A DNA stretch of 64,000 nt from an uncultured Gemmatimonadales bacterium (GTDB taxonomy: Bacteria; Gemmatimonadota; Gemmatimonadetes; Longimicrobiales; RSA9): contig CAVUKA010000003.1 of assembly GCA_963741945.1 (NCBI GenBank), forward strand, positions 384,001-448,000, in the 5' to 3' direction. The notes under the pieces are model-generated. The model saw nothing but the letters and a program-made list of their open reading frames with translations, did no database searches and was not told where the DNA came from. The translations under genes were made by a program, and so were the position numbers. Below are positions 12,222 through 21,789 of the stretch, one piece after another. Position 1 is the stretch's first letter, and every line of letters begins with the position of its first letter.

Positions 12222-13625
12222 ATGAGCCAGGTCAAGAACGAGCTGGTACCGGACCACAAGGTCCGGCCGATGCCGGAGGCGGAGACGCGCCGGACCACGG
12301 GCGCGACGAAGGGTGACGTGATGGGGATGATGGAGCGGACGGGGGTGCGCTTCCTCCGGCTCCAGTTCACGGACATCACGGGTGCGGTGAAGAACGTAGA
12401 GATCCCGGAGAGCCAGTTCGAGAAGGCACTGGACGGGGACATCATGTTCGACGGCTCATCGATCGAAGGATTCGTGCGGATCGAGGAGTCGGACATGATT
12501 CTGAAGCCGGACTTCGACACGTTCGCGATCTATCCATGGGGTGACCCGGAGAACCGGGTCGGGCGTCTGATCTGCGATGTGTACACGGCCGACGAGAAGC
12601 CGTTCGCAGGGGATCCTCGTCACGTTCTGAAGCGGCAGATCGCGACGGCGGCGGAGATGGGGTACAGCCTGATGGCGGGTGTGGAGGCGGAGTTCTTCCT
12701 GTTCCATCGGACGGAGGACGGCGCGCCGACGCGTCGGACGCACGACGCGGGCGGCTATTTCGACCTGGGGCCGGTGGACCTGGGTGAGATCGCGCGTCGG
12801 GACATGGTGAACATGCTGACGGCGATGGGCTTCGAGGTGGAGGCGGCGCATCACGAAGTGGCGCAGGGGCAGCACGAGATCGATTTCAAGTACGAGGACG
12901 CGCTGACGACGGCGGACCACCTGTCGACATTCAAGTTCGTGGTGCGGAACATCGCGGTGCGGCACGGGCTGCACGCCACGTTCATGCCGAAGCCGATCTT
13001 CGGGCAGAACGGATCGGGGATGCACACGCACCAGAGCCTGTTCGCGGATGGGCGGAACGCATTCTACGATCCGTCGCGCGACCAAGGCCTGTCGGACGTG
13101 ATGCGCCATTACGTGGGTGGGGTCCTGAAGCACGCGCGCTCCTTCTGCGCGGTGACGAACCCGCTGGTGAACAGCTACAAGCGGCTGGTCCCCGGGTACG
13201 AGGCGCCGGTGAACGTGGCATGGTCGCATCACAATCGCTCGCCGATGGTGCGGGTGCCGGCGAGGCGTGGAAAAGGCACGCGCATGGAGCTGCGGATGCC
13301 CGATCCTTCGGCGAACCCGTACCTGGCGCTGGCCGTGCAGCTGGCGGCGGGGCTGGACGGGATCCGGAGCGGGATCGAGCCGCCGGAGCCTGTGGACAAG
13401 AACATCTTCGAGCTGACCGTCCGTGAGCGGCGGCGGTTCAAGATCCAGGAGCTGCCGAAGGACCTGGGCGAGGCGGTGCGGGAGTTCCGGAAGAGCAAGC
13501 TGATGAAGGAGACACTGGGCGAGCACGTCTTCCAGCACTTCATCACGGCGAAGGAGCACGAGTGGGCGGACTACATCGCGCAGGTGCACGAATGGGAGAT
13601 CGACCGATACCTGGCGGCGTACTAG
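12222..13625 (+). CDS. glnA: Type I glutamine synthetase (start uncertain: 12180, 12222 or 12270)
   Basis: FDGSSIEGF, HHEVAQGQHEI, ATFMPKP, NGSGMHTHQS and NSYKRLVPGYEAP motifs. Confidence 0.96.
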   Translation: MSQVKNELVPDHKVRPMPEAETRRTTGATKGDVMGMMERTGVRFLRLQFTDITGAVKNVEIPESQFEKALDGDIMFDGSSIEGFVRIEESDMILKPDFDTFAIYPWGDPENRVGRLICDVYTADEKPFAGDPRHVLKRQIATAAEMGYSLMAGVEAEFFLFHRTEDGAPTRRTHDAGGYFDLGPVDLGEIARRDMVNMLTAMGFEVEAAHHEVAQGQHEIDFKYEDALTTADHLSTFKFVVRNIAVRHGLHATFMPKPIFGQNGSGMHTHQSLFADGRNAFYDPSRDQGLSDVMRHYVGGVLKHARSFCAVTNPLVNSYKRLVPGYEAPVNVAWSHHNRSPMVRVPARRGKGTRMELRMPDPSANPYLALAVQLAAGLDGIRSGIEPPEPVDKNIFELTVRERRRFKIQELPKDLGEAVREFRKSKLMKETLGEHVFQHFITAKEHEWADYIAQVHEWEIDRYLAAY

Positions 13626-13650
13626 GGGTCTGATTCCTGACCGATCCAAG

Positions 13651-13683
13651 GGGGTCGCGGGTGCAGTATGCGCTCGCGACCCC
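13651..13683. terminator. Hairpin between convergent glnA and kinase genes
   Basis: GGGGTCGCGGGTGCA-GTA-TGCGCTCGCGACCCC, 15-bp stem with two G-U pairs. Confidence 0.6.
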
Positions 13684-13691
13684 TTCCCGGT

Positions 13692-14838
13692 TCAGGGTCC
13701 GGCGGCCGCCTCCTCGATCCCGGCGCCCTTCTCCAGCCGCCGGGGCACGGAAATGCGGACGCGCGACCCGCGGTCCGCGGGCTCGAATGTGACGCGGCCG
13801 CCCAGCTCCGTCTCCACCAGGGCGCGGAGAACCGACTGCTCCATCTCGAGCGTCTCGCGGGCCTTCTCATCGCTTGAGGTGTAGGGCACGCCGTCGTCGG
13901 CCACCACGATCTCGATGCGCTCCGGCTCGGCCACGAAGGATGCGGCGATCTGTCCGGCCCGCCCGTTGGGGAAAGCGTGGCGGAAAGCAATGGAGCCGAC
14001 CTCGTTGACCGCGAGGGCGAGGGCGAATCCGAAGCGCTCAGGGATGGTAGCGTCCTCGCCGGAGACGGAGATCGTGATATCGGCTTCCGGGCGAAGCGTG
14101 TTCTTCAGGCGCTGCAGGATGCGGTCGGTGATGTCCCGCATCTCGACGCCGCGGTAATTGGTCCGGCGAAATCCTTCGTAGGCCATGAGGAAGGAGCGAA
14201 GCCGGTTCTCGAGGGAGAGGATGGCTTCGCTGGCAGATCGCCCGGAGTCGCGGGTCCGTTCGAGCGTGACGAGGCCCATGATGATCGAGAGATTGTTGCG
14301 GACGCGGTGGTCGAGCTCGCGCAGGAGGGCGGCGCGGTCTTCCGAGTCGCGTCTGGCCTGCTCGTAGAGGCGGTAGTTCTGCTCCGCCAGGTCGGAGGCC
14401 TGCTGCGTGGCATGCTGGAGGGCGCGCTCGGCACGGTGCGCACGGAGCCGCGAATCGATGCGCGCTCGCAACTCCGCCACCTGGAACGGCTTGGCCACGT
14501 AGTCATCGGCGCCGGCGTCGAAGGTGCGGACCACATCCTCGGGCAGCGGTCCGGGCAGTGACCATGATGATGGGGAGCAGGGGATCGATCCGCTCCTTGA
14601 TCTCGCGGCAGATACTCCATCCATCGGTGCCCGGGAGCATGGCGTCGAGGAGGATGAGGTCGGCCTGGTGCAGGCGATCGAACGCTTCCTCGGCATTGGC
14701 GGCGGAGATGACGCCATAGCCGTGCGCCTCGAGCAGATCGGAAAGCGTCTCGCGGGCGAGAGGCTCGTCATCCACCACCAGGATGGTGGGCGGCCCTTCC
14801 ACGGCCGATGTTCCCGGAAGAGGGGCGGAGCGGTTCAT
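13692..14838 (-). pseudogene. Receiver domain + HisKA_2/HWE-type histidine kinase, split by a single frameshift near 14545 (possibly a sequencing error)
   Basis: ORF 14503-14874 gives the receiver start (ILVVDD...LLDAMLP...IIMVTA). ORF 13692-14771 continues with PEDVVRTFDAGADDYVAKPF, ELDHRVRNN and DDGV. One extra base at ACC GCT G CCC GAG. Confidence 0.85.
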
Positions 14839-14881
14839 CGTCCCGCTCGCCCATACAGGCGCTGCAACGGCCACGTCCCCG

Positions 14882-15472
14882 TCAATCCCGCTGCAGGAGC
14901 GGAGCGGCGAGCAGGATCTTGCGAGCGAGATCGATCATGGGCGTGTTCTTGTCCTGACTCGTCTTCTGAAGGAATCGATACGCATCCTGCTCGGACATCT
15001 TGCGCGTCTCCATGAGGATTCCCTTGGCGCGCTCGAGCACCTTCCTCTCTTCGAGCTTGTTGGCGAGCGTGTCCCGTTCCTGGCGCGCTCGCATCCACTC
15101 GTCGAAGCGGGCTTTGGCCACGGAGATGGCGGGCGCCAGGTCATCGGGGTCCACCGGCTTGACCAGGTAGTGGAAGATCGGAGAACGGGTGGCGTCGTCC
15201 ACCGTCCGGGTGTCGCTGTAGGCGGAGAGGATGATGATCGGGAGCGGCCGCTCTGCGTGGATCTTCAGCGCCGCCTCGGGGCCGGTCATCACGGGCATGC
15301 GGATGTCCAGGATGGCCATGTCGGGGTGCTTGTCCCGGGCAAGGTTCACGGCCTCCTGGCCGTTGGCAGCCGTGGCTACGACCTCGTGACCGAGCGCCTC
15401 GAGCTGACTGGTCAGCGCAAGGTTGTGCAAGGCCTCGTCGTCCGCGATCAGGAAGCGAAGAGACTGCGCCAT
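14882..15472 (-). CDS. Response regulator with ANTAR RNA-binding output domain (PdtaR/EutV/NasT-like)
   Basis: Receiver (LIADDE, LDIRMP, YLVKP) followed by ERKVLERAKGILM...SEQDAYRFLQKTSQD. Confidence 0.93.
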   Translation of the reverse strand: MAQSLRFLIADDEALHNLALTSQLEALGHEVVATAANGQEAVNLARDKHPDMAILDIRMPVMTGPEAALKIHAERPLPIIILSAYSDTRTVDDATRSPIFHYLVKPVDPDDLAPAISVAKARFDEWMRARQERDTLANKLEERKVLERAKGILMETRKMSEQDAYRFLQKTSQDKNTPMIDLARKILLAAPLLQRD

Positions 15473-15520
15473 GGATTAGGACTCCGTAAAGGGAACGTGC
15501 CAGGAGGACGCGTCTGCGAC

Positions 15521-15562
15521 AAAAAAAAACGCGGCCCATCTCCACCTCGGAGGGGGCACGCG
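15521..15562 (-). terminator. Intrinsic terminator between acpS and the ANTAR regulator gene
   Basis: Minus strand reads CGCGTGCCCCCTCC-GAGGT-GGAGATGGGCCGCG followed by T9. Confidence 0.75.
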
Positions 15563-15638
15563 ACACCCGTTCGTTCTGTTCTCTCGGCCACGACCAAGTT
15601 GCCGACACCGGCGCGGTGACGCAAGAGGAGACGCGGCA

Positions 15639-16016
15639 TCAGCTCTCCAGTACGACGAAGGCGCCCGCCACCTCGTCCGCATGGCTGAGGCTCACGTGGA
15701 CCCGGGCCGCGCCGGCCATGCGTGCCGCGACGGCCGCGCGGCCGTGCAGCGCCAGCGAGGGGGCGCCGCGCGGGTCGTGCTCCACTTCCACATCGCGCCA
15801 CCGACCGCCCCGCCCCCAGCCGGTGCCGACCGCCTTGAAGAACGCTTCCCTGGCGGCGAAGCGAACGGCGAGGAAAGGCGCGGGGTCCGGCTGGCGGAGA
15901 CAGTAGGCCAGCTCCGCCTCCGTGAACAGGCGGCGCAGCCCACGCTCGCCGTGCCGTTCCCGGAAGCGGCGCAGTCGATCGATGGAGACGAGGTCCATAC
16001 CGGTACCGACGATCAT
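15639..16016 (-). CDS. acpS: Holo-[acyl-carrier-protein] synthase
   Basis: MIVGTGMDLV, RLFTEAE, RFAAREAFFKA and VSLSH motifs. Confidence 0.93.
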   Translation of the reverse strand: MIVGTGMDLVSIDRLRRFRERHGERGLRRLFTEAELAYCLRQPDPAPFLAVRFAAREAFFKAVGTGWGRGGRWRDVEVEHDPRGAPSLALHGRAAVAARMAGAARVHVSLSHADEVAGAFVVLES

Positions 16017-16166
16017 CGCGACGCAATATATTCCTCTGGTGCGCGAACCGCGACGTGGCGCCGAGAAGCCGCTGTGGTCTCGTCCTTGCACTTTTCCCTG
16101 TTACTGCACAATTCCTTCGTTCGCGTTGCCGCGACCGCAGCCAATGCTCATGGACATCACCACGGC

Positions 16167-18053
16167 ATGACCAAACGCCTCGTCCTTCTCCTGGCCGCCG
16201 CGTTGGCGGCGATGCCCGCCACCAGCGCGCTGAGCGCCCGGCCCGTTCCCGCGCCGCCCGAGGGGCGATCCGTCGGGGCGTCACCGAACGCGGCGGTTCC
16301 CGCGGAAGGCGCGGCGCTCTCGCTGTCCCGCGACGTCCACCGCGCGGTCGCGTCACCCGGCTGGCGTGGAGATCTATGGGGCGTGGTCGTGGTTTCGCTG
16401 GATGCCGGGGACACGCTGGTTGCGTACGAGCCCACGCGGGAGCTCGAGCCCGCTTCCAACCTGAAGCTGTTCACCACAGCCGCCGCGCTGCACTATCTGG
16501 GGTCCCAGTACCGTTACGCCACGTACCTGGCCGGTACGGGCCCGATCCGCGGGGGTGTGCTGGAGGGGGACCTGGTCCTGTACGGGACGGGCGACCCGAC
16601 GCCCTCGGGGAAGTTCTACGAGCCGGAGCAGGGCGCGTACGAGGCGCTGGCGGACTCGATCGCGGCCATGGGCGTGCGGCGGATCGCGGGAGACGTGGTG
16701 GGCGACGCGTCGTACTTCGAGGGCCAGCCGGTGGGCAGCGGGTGGGAGATGCGGTATGTCACCCACACGTACGCGGCGCAGGGGAGCGCGCTCTCGTACA
16801 ACGACAACGTGGCCACGCTCCGCGTCCGGCCGGCGGACAGCGTGGGCGCGCCACCGCAGGTGACGGTGCTGCCGGCGGGCGCCATCCAGATGGTGAACGA
16901 GGCCCGCACGGTGGCGTCCGGGCGCTCGTGGATCGAGGTGGAGCGGTCGGGCTATGACGCGCCGATCGTCGTACGCGGTCAGATCCAGCGGGGCAATTCC
17001 GGGCTCTGGCGTGCCGTGCCCGTGGTGGACCCGGCGCGCTTCGCCGCGTCGGTGATGCGGGATCTCCTGGCCGAGCGGGGGATCACGGTGGTCGGGTCGG
17101 TGCGCGCGGTGCACGACGCAGCGCGATCGCCGATCACAGCGACGCGCGTTTTCGCCCCCGCGCTCGAGGGCGGCCCCGCCATTCAGGTTCTGGCGGTGCA
17201 TCATTCGCCCCCGCTGATCGACATCATCCGTGTGATCAATCAGCGCAGCCACAACGTTTACGCGGAAGCGGTCCTGCGCACGGTCGGTCGGGTGACCACC
17301 GGGAGCGGATCGGTGGACGGAGGCCAGCGCGCGGTGGACGCGATGCTGAAGCAGGTGGGAGGCGGGGCGGCCTCCATGGTGCACATGGACGACGGCTCCG
17401 GGCTCTCTCCGCTGAACCGGGTGACCCCGATGGCGGTCGCCGACCTCCTCATGTTCGTGGCCCGGTCGCCGTACTTCGACGACTTCCTGACGACGCTGCC
17501 CGAAGCCGCCCACTCCCGCGGTCTGCGTCGCATGCAGCACACGCCGGCCGCGGGCAACCTGCGGGCGAAGACGGGGACGATCGAGCACGTCTCCGCCCTG
17601 TCCGGCTACGTCCGGGCGAAGAACGGCGAGCGTCTGGTGTTCTCGATCATCAGCAACGGCGTGCCATCCACGTGGAAAGCGAAGCGGATCGAAGACCGGA
17701 TCGGCGCGCGGCTGGCGGCGTTCGACCGCCCCGTCCCCGTGCACCGCCCGATGGCCGCGGCCCCCATGCCGAACCGCGCGTCCGATTCGGTGCCGGCCCT
17801 GGCGAACCCGGCTCCCGCGGAAGTCGCGGCGGCCGGCGCTGCGCCCGACACGGCGGCGCGGATATCCGCGAGCGCGGCTGCCGAGAGCGCGTCGCGGCCT
17901 GTCACCTACACGATCCAGTCCGGCGACACGCTGGACGGGATCGCGAAACGCTACGACACCTCCGTGGCCGCGCTGCGAAACGCGAACCCGGGCGTGAACC
18001 CGAGGCGACTGATCCCGGGCAGGACGATCAGGCTCCCGTCCACCCTCGACTGA
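16167..18053 (+). CDS. dacB: D-Ala-D-Ala carboxypeptidase/endopeptidase (PBP4, S13) with C-terminal LysM domain
   Basis: Signal peptide; PASNLK (SxxK), SHN (SxN), AKTGT; C-terminal YTIQSGDTLDGIAKRY...LIPGRTI. Confidence 0.92.
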   Translation: MTKRLVLLLAAALAAMPATSALSARPVPAPPEGRSVGASPNAAVPAEGAALSLSRDVHRAVASPGWRGDLWGVVVVSLDAGDTLVAYEPTRELEPASNLKLFTTAAALHYLGSQYRYATYLAGTGPIRGGVLEGDLVLYGTGDPTPSGKFYEPEQGAYEALADSIAAMGVRRIAGDVVGDASYFEGQPVGSGWEMRYVTHTYAAQGSALSYNDNVATLRVRPADSVGAPPQVTVLPAGAIQMVNEARTVASGRSWIEVERSGYDAPIVVRGQIQRGNSGLWRAVPVVDPARFAASVMRDLLAERGITVVGSVRAVHDAARSPITATRVFAPALEGGPAIQVLAVHHSPPLIDIIRVINQRSHNVYAEAVLRTVGRVTTGSGSVDGGQRAVDAMLKQVGGGAASMVHMDDGSGLSPLNRVTPMAVADLLMFVARSPYFDDFLTTLPEAAHSRGLRRMQHTPAAGNLRAKTGTIEHVSALSGYVRAKNGERLVFSIISNGVPSTWKAKRIEDRIGARLAAFDRPVPVHRPMAAAPMPNRASDSVPALANPAPAEVAAAGAAPDTAARISASAAAESASRPVTYTIQSGDTLDGIAKRYDTSVAALRNANPGVNPRRLIPGRTIRLPSTLD

Positions 18054-18086
18054 ACACGGCGCGTCCTCGCGGCCCTGCGCGCGCGC

Positions 18087-19136
18087 TCATCCAGACAGGA
18101 GCCGACGGGCGGAGTGGTACGCGCCGCGCAGGAAGTGCTCGACGTCGCCATCCCCGTTCAGATCGTTCACGTCCACGCCCCCATTGCTGGCGGATGCGTG
18201 GATGATGCGACCTGCGCCGAGGGACAGGGCCACGTGGTTGACGCGCCGCCGCTCGGCGAAAAACACGAGGTCGCCCGGCCGCAGCGCCCGCCAGTCGTCG
18301 CCCGGGACCACGCCGTCCCCCACGCCCGCCTGCATGTCCGAGTCCCGGGGCAGCGCGAGCCCGTGCAACCGGAAGATGGACTGCACGAAGCCCGAACAAT
18401 CCACGCCGTGCGGCGTCACCCCGCCCCACAGGTATGGCGCGCCGAGCCACCGTCTGGCGGTGCGGGTCACGCGTTCTCCCACCGGCGGGAACAGTTCCGG
18501 CAGCGCGCGCGCGGCGACCAGCTCCCCTTCCCCGACCCGGCCATCGCGCCCGTCCGGAAGCCTGATCCGGTCCGGCCCGAGCCGAAGCAGGCGCGCGCCC
18601 CAGGGCAGGCGAGCGAAGGCGACGCCATGCCGATCGAGCAGAACGGCGCCGAGAGAGACCACGGGCTCGCCGCCCACTCCCGTCTCCCAGGCAAGGGCGC
18701 GCTCCGTCGCGGTCCGCACGAGGTACCCCTGATGGACCCAGCCCACGTGCCGGTCCTGGCCGCGGATGCGCCAGAAGCGTCCCCGGCGCGAGAGCAGCGT
18801 GACGCGGCTTCCCAGCACCTGCTGCGTGAGCTGCGTCGAGTTCATGGTGGGGCGGCGATAGACGGGTGCAATGGGAGCGCGGACCAGCGCATCGCCGCGG
18901 GGGGCCAGTGCGGCATCGGGAAGCGCGCGGACGCGGACATCGGCCTCGACGCCATGCGCGCGGAGCCGCTGTCGTAGCCTGTCCGCGGCGGCGGGCACCG
19001 TGGTGGCGACGTCGGCGTGGACACCGTCACCGTCGCGGCGGGTGCGGACCTCGAAGACGTCCACCCTCGGGTCCGGCACCAGCTCGGCCCGCACTTCGCG
19101 AGCCGCTCGCCTGAGCCGCGCGACCGCATCTTCCAC
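18087..19136 (-). CDS. NlpC/P60 (C40) endopeptidase with SH3-like domain
   Basis: GAPYLWGG, DCSGF, PRDS, PGDLVFF, HVAL, IHAS; GWV in the N-terminal SH3b-like region. Confidence 0.9.
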   Translation of the reverse strand: MEDAVARLRRAAREVRAELVPDPRVDVFEVRTRRDGDGVHADVATTVPAAADRLRQRLRAHGVEADVRVRALPDAALAPRGDALVRAPIAPVYRRPTMNSTQLTQQVLGSRVTLLSRRGRFWRIRGQDRHVGWVHQGYLVRTATERALAWETGVGGEPVVSLGAVLLDRHGVAFARLPWGARLLRLGPDRIRLPDGRDGRVGEGELVAARALPELFPPVGERVTRTARRWLGAPYLWGGVTPHGVDCSGFVQSIFRLHGLALPRDSDMQAGVGDGVVPGDDWRALRPGDLVFFAERRRVNHVALSLGAGRIIHASASNGGVDVNDLNGDGDVEHFLRGAYHSARRLLSG

Positions 19137-19144
19137 GGCGGGCG

Positions 19145-19462
19145 CTATCCGGCGACCGTGCCGCCTTTCGTGCCGGGGCCTCCGGCCTTCCAGCGACCGA
19201 ACGGGGTGCGTTCGACGCCGGGCGGCTCGTGTCGCCGGGCGGCCATGCGCAGGCGCCGGCGCAGCTCGAACTCCGACATGGAGCGGATGCTGCGCTCGGC
19301 CGTCATCCGATTCTGCCAGCGGACTTCCGGGAGCATGAGCCGGCGGGCGTCCCCTTCCGCCGGGTGCAGCACCAGGTACCAGCGGCCGTGATGGCGCGGG
19401 GTATCCTCTTCGTACGCGGTGGCGACCCAGTCGCGTCCGTCCTCACCAGTGAAATTCTTCAT
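19145..19462 (-). CDS. Small hypothetical protein
   Basis: MKNFTGEDGRDW...; ATGA overlap with the upstream gene in the fabI operon. Confidence 0.7.
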   Translation of the reverse strand: MKNFTGEDGRDWVATAYEEDTPRHHGRWYLVLHPAEGDARRLMLPEVRWQNRMTAERSIRSMSEFELRRRLRMAARRHEPPGVERTPFGRWKAGGPGTKGGTVAG

Positions 19463-19689
19463 GCCAGTCTCTTCGGCTCCGATCGTTCGAACAGGTCGGC
19501 CATCTCGTCGTCCGACAGCGCGTCCAGCTCCCGCCCCGCCTCGCCGCTGGAATCGCCGGCCAGCGGGGTCTGGCGCGGCGGGTGATGGTTCCCGGGCGCC
19601 GGCGCGAAGATGGCGTAGAGCGCGCCGAACGACTCCCGCCCCACCACCACGTCCCATGCGCGACCTTCGGAATCCGTGTATCGGCGCAC
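19459..19689 (-). CDS. Small hypothetical protein
   Basis: GTG start 4 nt after the fabI stop; MRRYTDSEGRAWDVVVGRESFG... Confidence 0.7.
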   Translation of the reverse strand: MRRYTDSEGRAWDVVVGRESFGALYAIFAPAPGNHHPPRQTPLAGDSSGEAGRELDALSDDEMADLFERSEPKRLA

Positions 19690-19693
19690 CGGC

Positions 19694-20464
19694 TCAGTAC
19701 CCCAGGATGTTGTAGCCCGAATCCACGTGCAGGACCTCGCCCGTGATCCCGCCCGCGGCGTCGGAGAGGAGGAACAGGGCAGCCCGTCCGACGTCGTCCT
19801 GCGACACGTTCCGGCGCAGCGGCGCGCGCTCCTCGACCACGCTGAGGATGTTGCGGAAGTCGCGGACACCGGACGCGGCCAGCGTCTTGATGGGTCCGGC
19901 GCTGACGGCGTTCACGCGGATCCCTTCCGGGCCGAGGTCGGCGGCAAGGTAGCGGACGGACGCCTCGAGCGCCGCCTTCGCCACGCCCATGACGTTGTAG
20001 TTCTCCACGACCTTCTCGGCGCCGTAATAGGTCATGGTGATGATGCTTCCGCCGCCGGCCATGAGCGACCGGGCCTCGCGCGCCAGGTGGACGAGGGAGA
20101 AAGCGCTGATCTCCAGGGCCATGAGGAAGCCGTCGCGGCTGGTTTCGGAGAACCGACCGTTCAGGTCGTCGCGGTTGGCGAAGGCCACCGAATGGACGAG
20201 GATGTCCAGGCCGCCCCATTGCTCGCGGATGCGGTCGAATGTCTCGCGGACCTGGTCATCGCTGGTCACGTCGCACGGCAGGACGAGCTCGGCGTCCAGG
20301 CTCTCGGCGAGCGGCCGTACGCGCTTCTCGAGCGCGCTGCCGAGAAAATTGAACCCCAGCCTCGCCCCCTCACGGTGCAGGGCCTGACTGATGGCCCAGG
20401 CGATGCTGCGGTCGTTGGCGACACCGAACACCATCGCCCGCTTCCCTTCCATGGAACCCGCCAT
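19694..20464 (-). CDS. fabI: Enoyl-ACP reductase
   Basis: [22 protein letters not shown] and SAGPIKTLA motifs. Confidence 0.96.
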   Translation of the reverse strand: MAGSMEGKRAMVFGVANDRSIAWAISQALHREGARLGFNFLGSALEKRVRPLAESLDAELVLPCDVTSDDQVRETFDRIREQWGGLDILVHSVAFANRDDLNGRFSETSRDGFLMALEISAFSLVHLAREARSLMAGGGSIITMTYYGAEKVVENYNVMGVAKAALEASVRYLAADLGPEGIRVNAVSAGPIKTLAASGVRDFRNILSVVEERAPLRRNVSQDDVGRAALFLLSDAAGGITGEVLHVDSGYNILGY

Positions 20465-20473
20465 CCGTCCTCC

Positions 20474-20749
20474 TCAGTCGAACATCTCGTAGGCCGCGTC
20501 CATGTCGTCGTGCGAATACACGCGGAACGCCACCAGCGTCTCAGTGCGCTCGAGTCCATCGACGCGGGCCACGTGCTCGGTGACGACCTCGGCGATCTGC
20601 TCCCACTCCGGGACCCTCACGATGGCGATCAGGTCCCACTCCCCCGAGACGGAGTAGACTTCGGCCACCCCTTCGATGTCCGCCACCTGCCGCGCCGCCG
20701 TCGGGATCGATTCCCGCCGGGCCCGGATCAGAACCACTGCGGCTACCAT
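20474..20749 (-). CDS. Lrp/AsnC ligand-binding (RAM) domain protein, stand-alone
   Basis: EVYSVSGEWDLIAIV...TETLVAF; RBS GGAGG; no HTH. Confidence 0.85.
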   Translation of the reverse strand: MVAAVVLIRARRESIPTAARQVADIEGVAEVYSVSGEWDLIAIVRVPEWEQIAEVVTEHVARVDGLERTETLVAFRVYSHDDMDAAYEMFD

Positions 20750-20868
20750 ATCCGCCTCCCGCTGCGATATACGTGCTGCCGGCGCGAAGTTAGCCGCGGC
20801 TTCGGGACGCCCGCAAGCCGCGCCCCGGCCTTGCGAGGCGGCGGCGGTGCGGGGATCTTTCCGCCCTC

Positions 20869-21789
20869 ATGTCCGCTCCCGTACTCACCCCCGGACCAAA
20901 CGCGCGGTCGATGCGGCAGGCCGAGATCGGCCTGTTGCTCATGGTCGTGCTCTGGGCCGTGAACTTCCCGGTCATCAAGATCGGCCTCGCGGCCGTGCCG
21001 CCGTACGCGTTCAACGCGCTGCGATTCCCGCTGGCCGCACTGCTGCTCGGGGCCGTGCTCCTGGCCCGGGACGGCCTGGTGCTGCCCGAGCGGGGAGATG
21101 TGACGAAGGTCGTGGTGCTGGGCATCATCGGCAACTTCGTCTACCAGCTCCTCTTCATCTCCGGGCTCGACCGCTCCCGTGCCGGGAACGCGAGCGTGTT
21201 GCTCAACACGTCGCCGATCTACACCGTGCTGTTCAGCTCTCTGCTGGGCCACGAGCGGATCCGGGCGATCGCATGGGGCGGCATTGCTGCCACGGTGGCC
21301 GGTATCGCCCTGGTGGTGGGGAGCGGGGAGGGCGGCTTCCGGTTCAGCACGGCGACGCTGCCCGGGGACCTGATGATGCTTTCGGCCGCGATCATCTGGG
21401 CCATCTACACGGTCGGCTCGCGCAACCTGGTGCGGAAGTACGGCTCTGTCCCGGTCACGGCCTGGACGCTCTGGTCGGGGGCGGTGCTTCTGGTGCTGGT
21501 CGGAATCCCGGAGCTGCGCAGCATGGATTCTTCGATCCCGTTCTCGGCGTGGGGCAGCCTGGTCTATGCCGGGTTCCTCGGACTCGGCCTCTCGTATCTG
21601 CTCTGGTACCGGGGCGTCCACGTGCTCGGCAACACGCGGACGGCCGCGTTCGGGAACCTGGTACCGGTGCTCACGATCCTTCTGGCGTGGCCCATGCTCG
21701 GAGAGGTCCCCAATGTCTGGCAGATCGTGGGGGCCATGGTGATCATTGCGGGAATCAGCGTCGTCAGGCGCGTCACGGAGGCGGCGTGA
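20869..21789 (+). CDS. DMT/EamA family transporter
   Basis: About 10 TM segments in two EamA repeats (LWAVNF, ALRF, LGHERI, LGEVP). Confidence 0.9.
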   Translation: MSAPVLTPGPNARSMRQAEIGLLLMVVLWAVNFPVIKIGLAAVPPYAFNALRFPLAALLLGAVLLARDGLVLPERGDVTKVVVLGIIGNFVYQLLFISGLDRSRAGNASVLLNTSPIYTVLFSSLLGHERIRAIAWGGIAATVAGIALVVGSGEGGFRFSTATLPGDLMMLSAAIIWAIYTVGSRNLVRKYGSVPVTAWTLWSGAVLLVLVGIPELRSMDSSIPFSAWGSLVYAGFLGLGLSYLLWYRGVHVLGNTRTAAFGNLVPVLTILLAWPMLGEVPNVWQIVGAMVIIAGISVVRRVTEAA

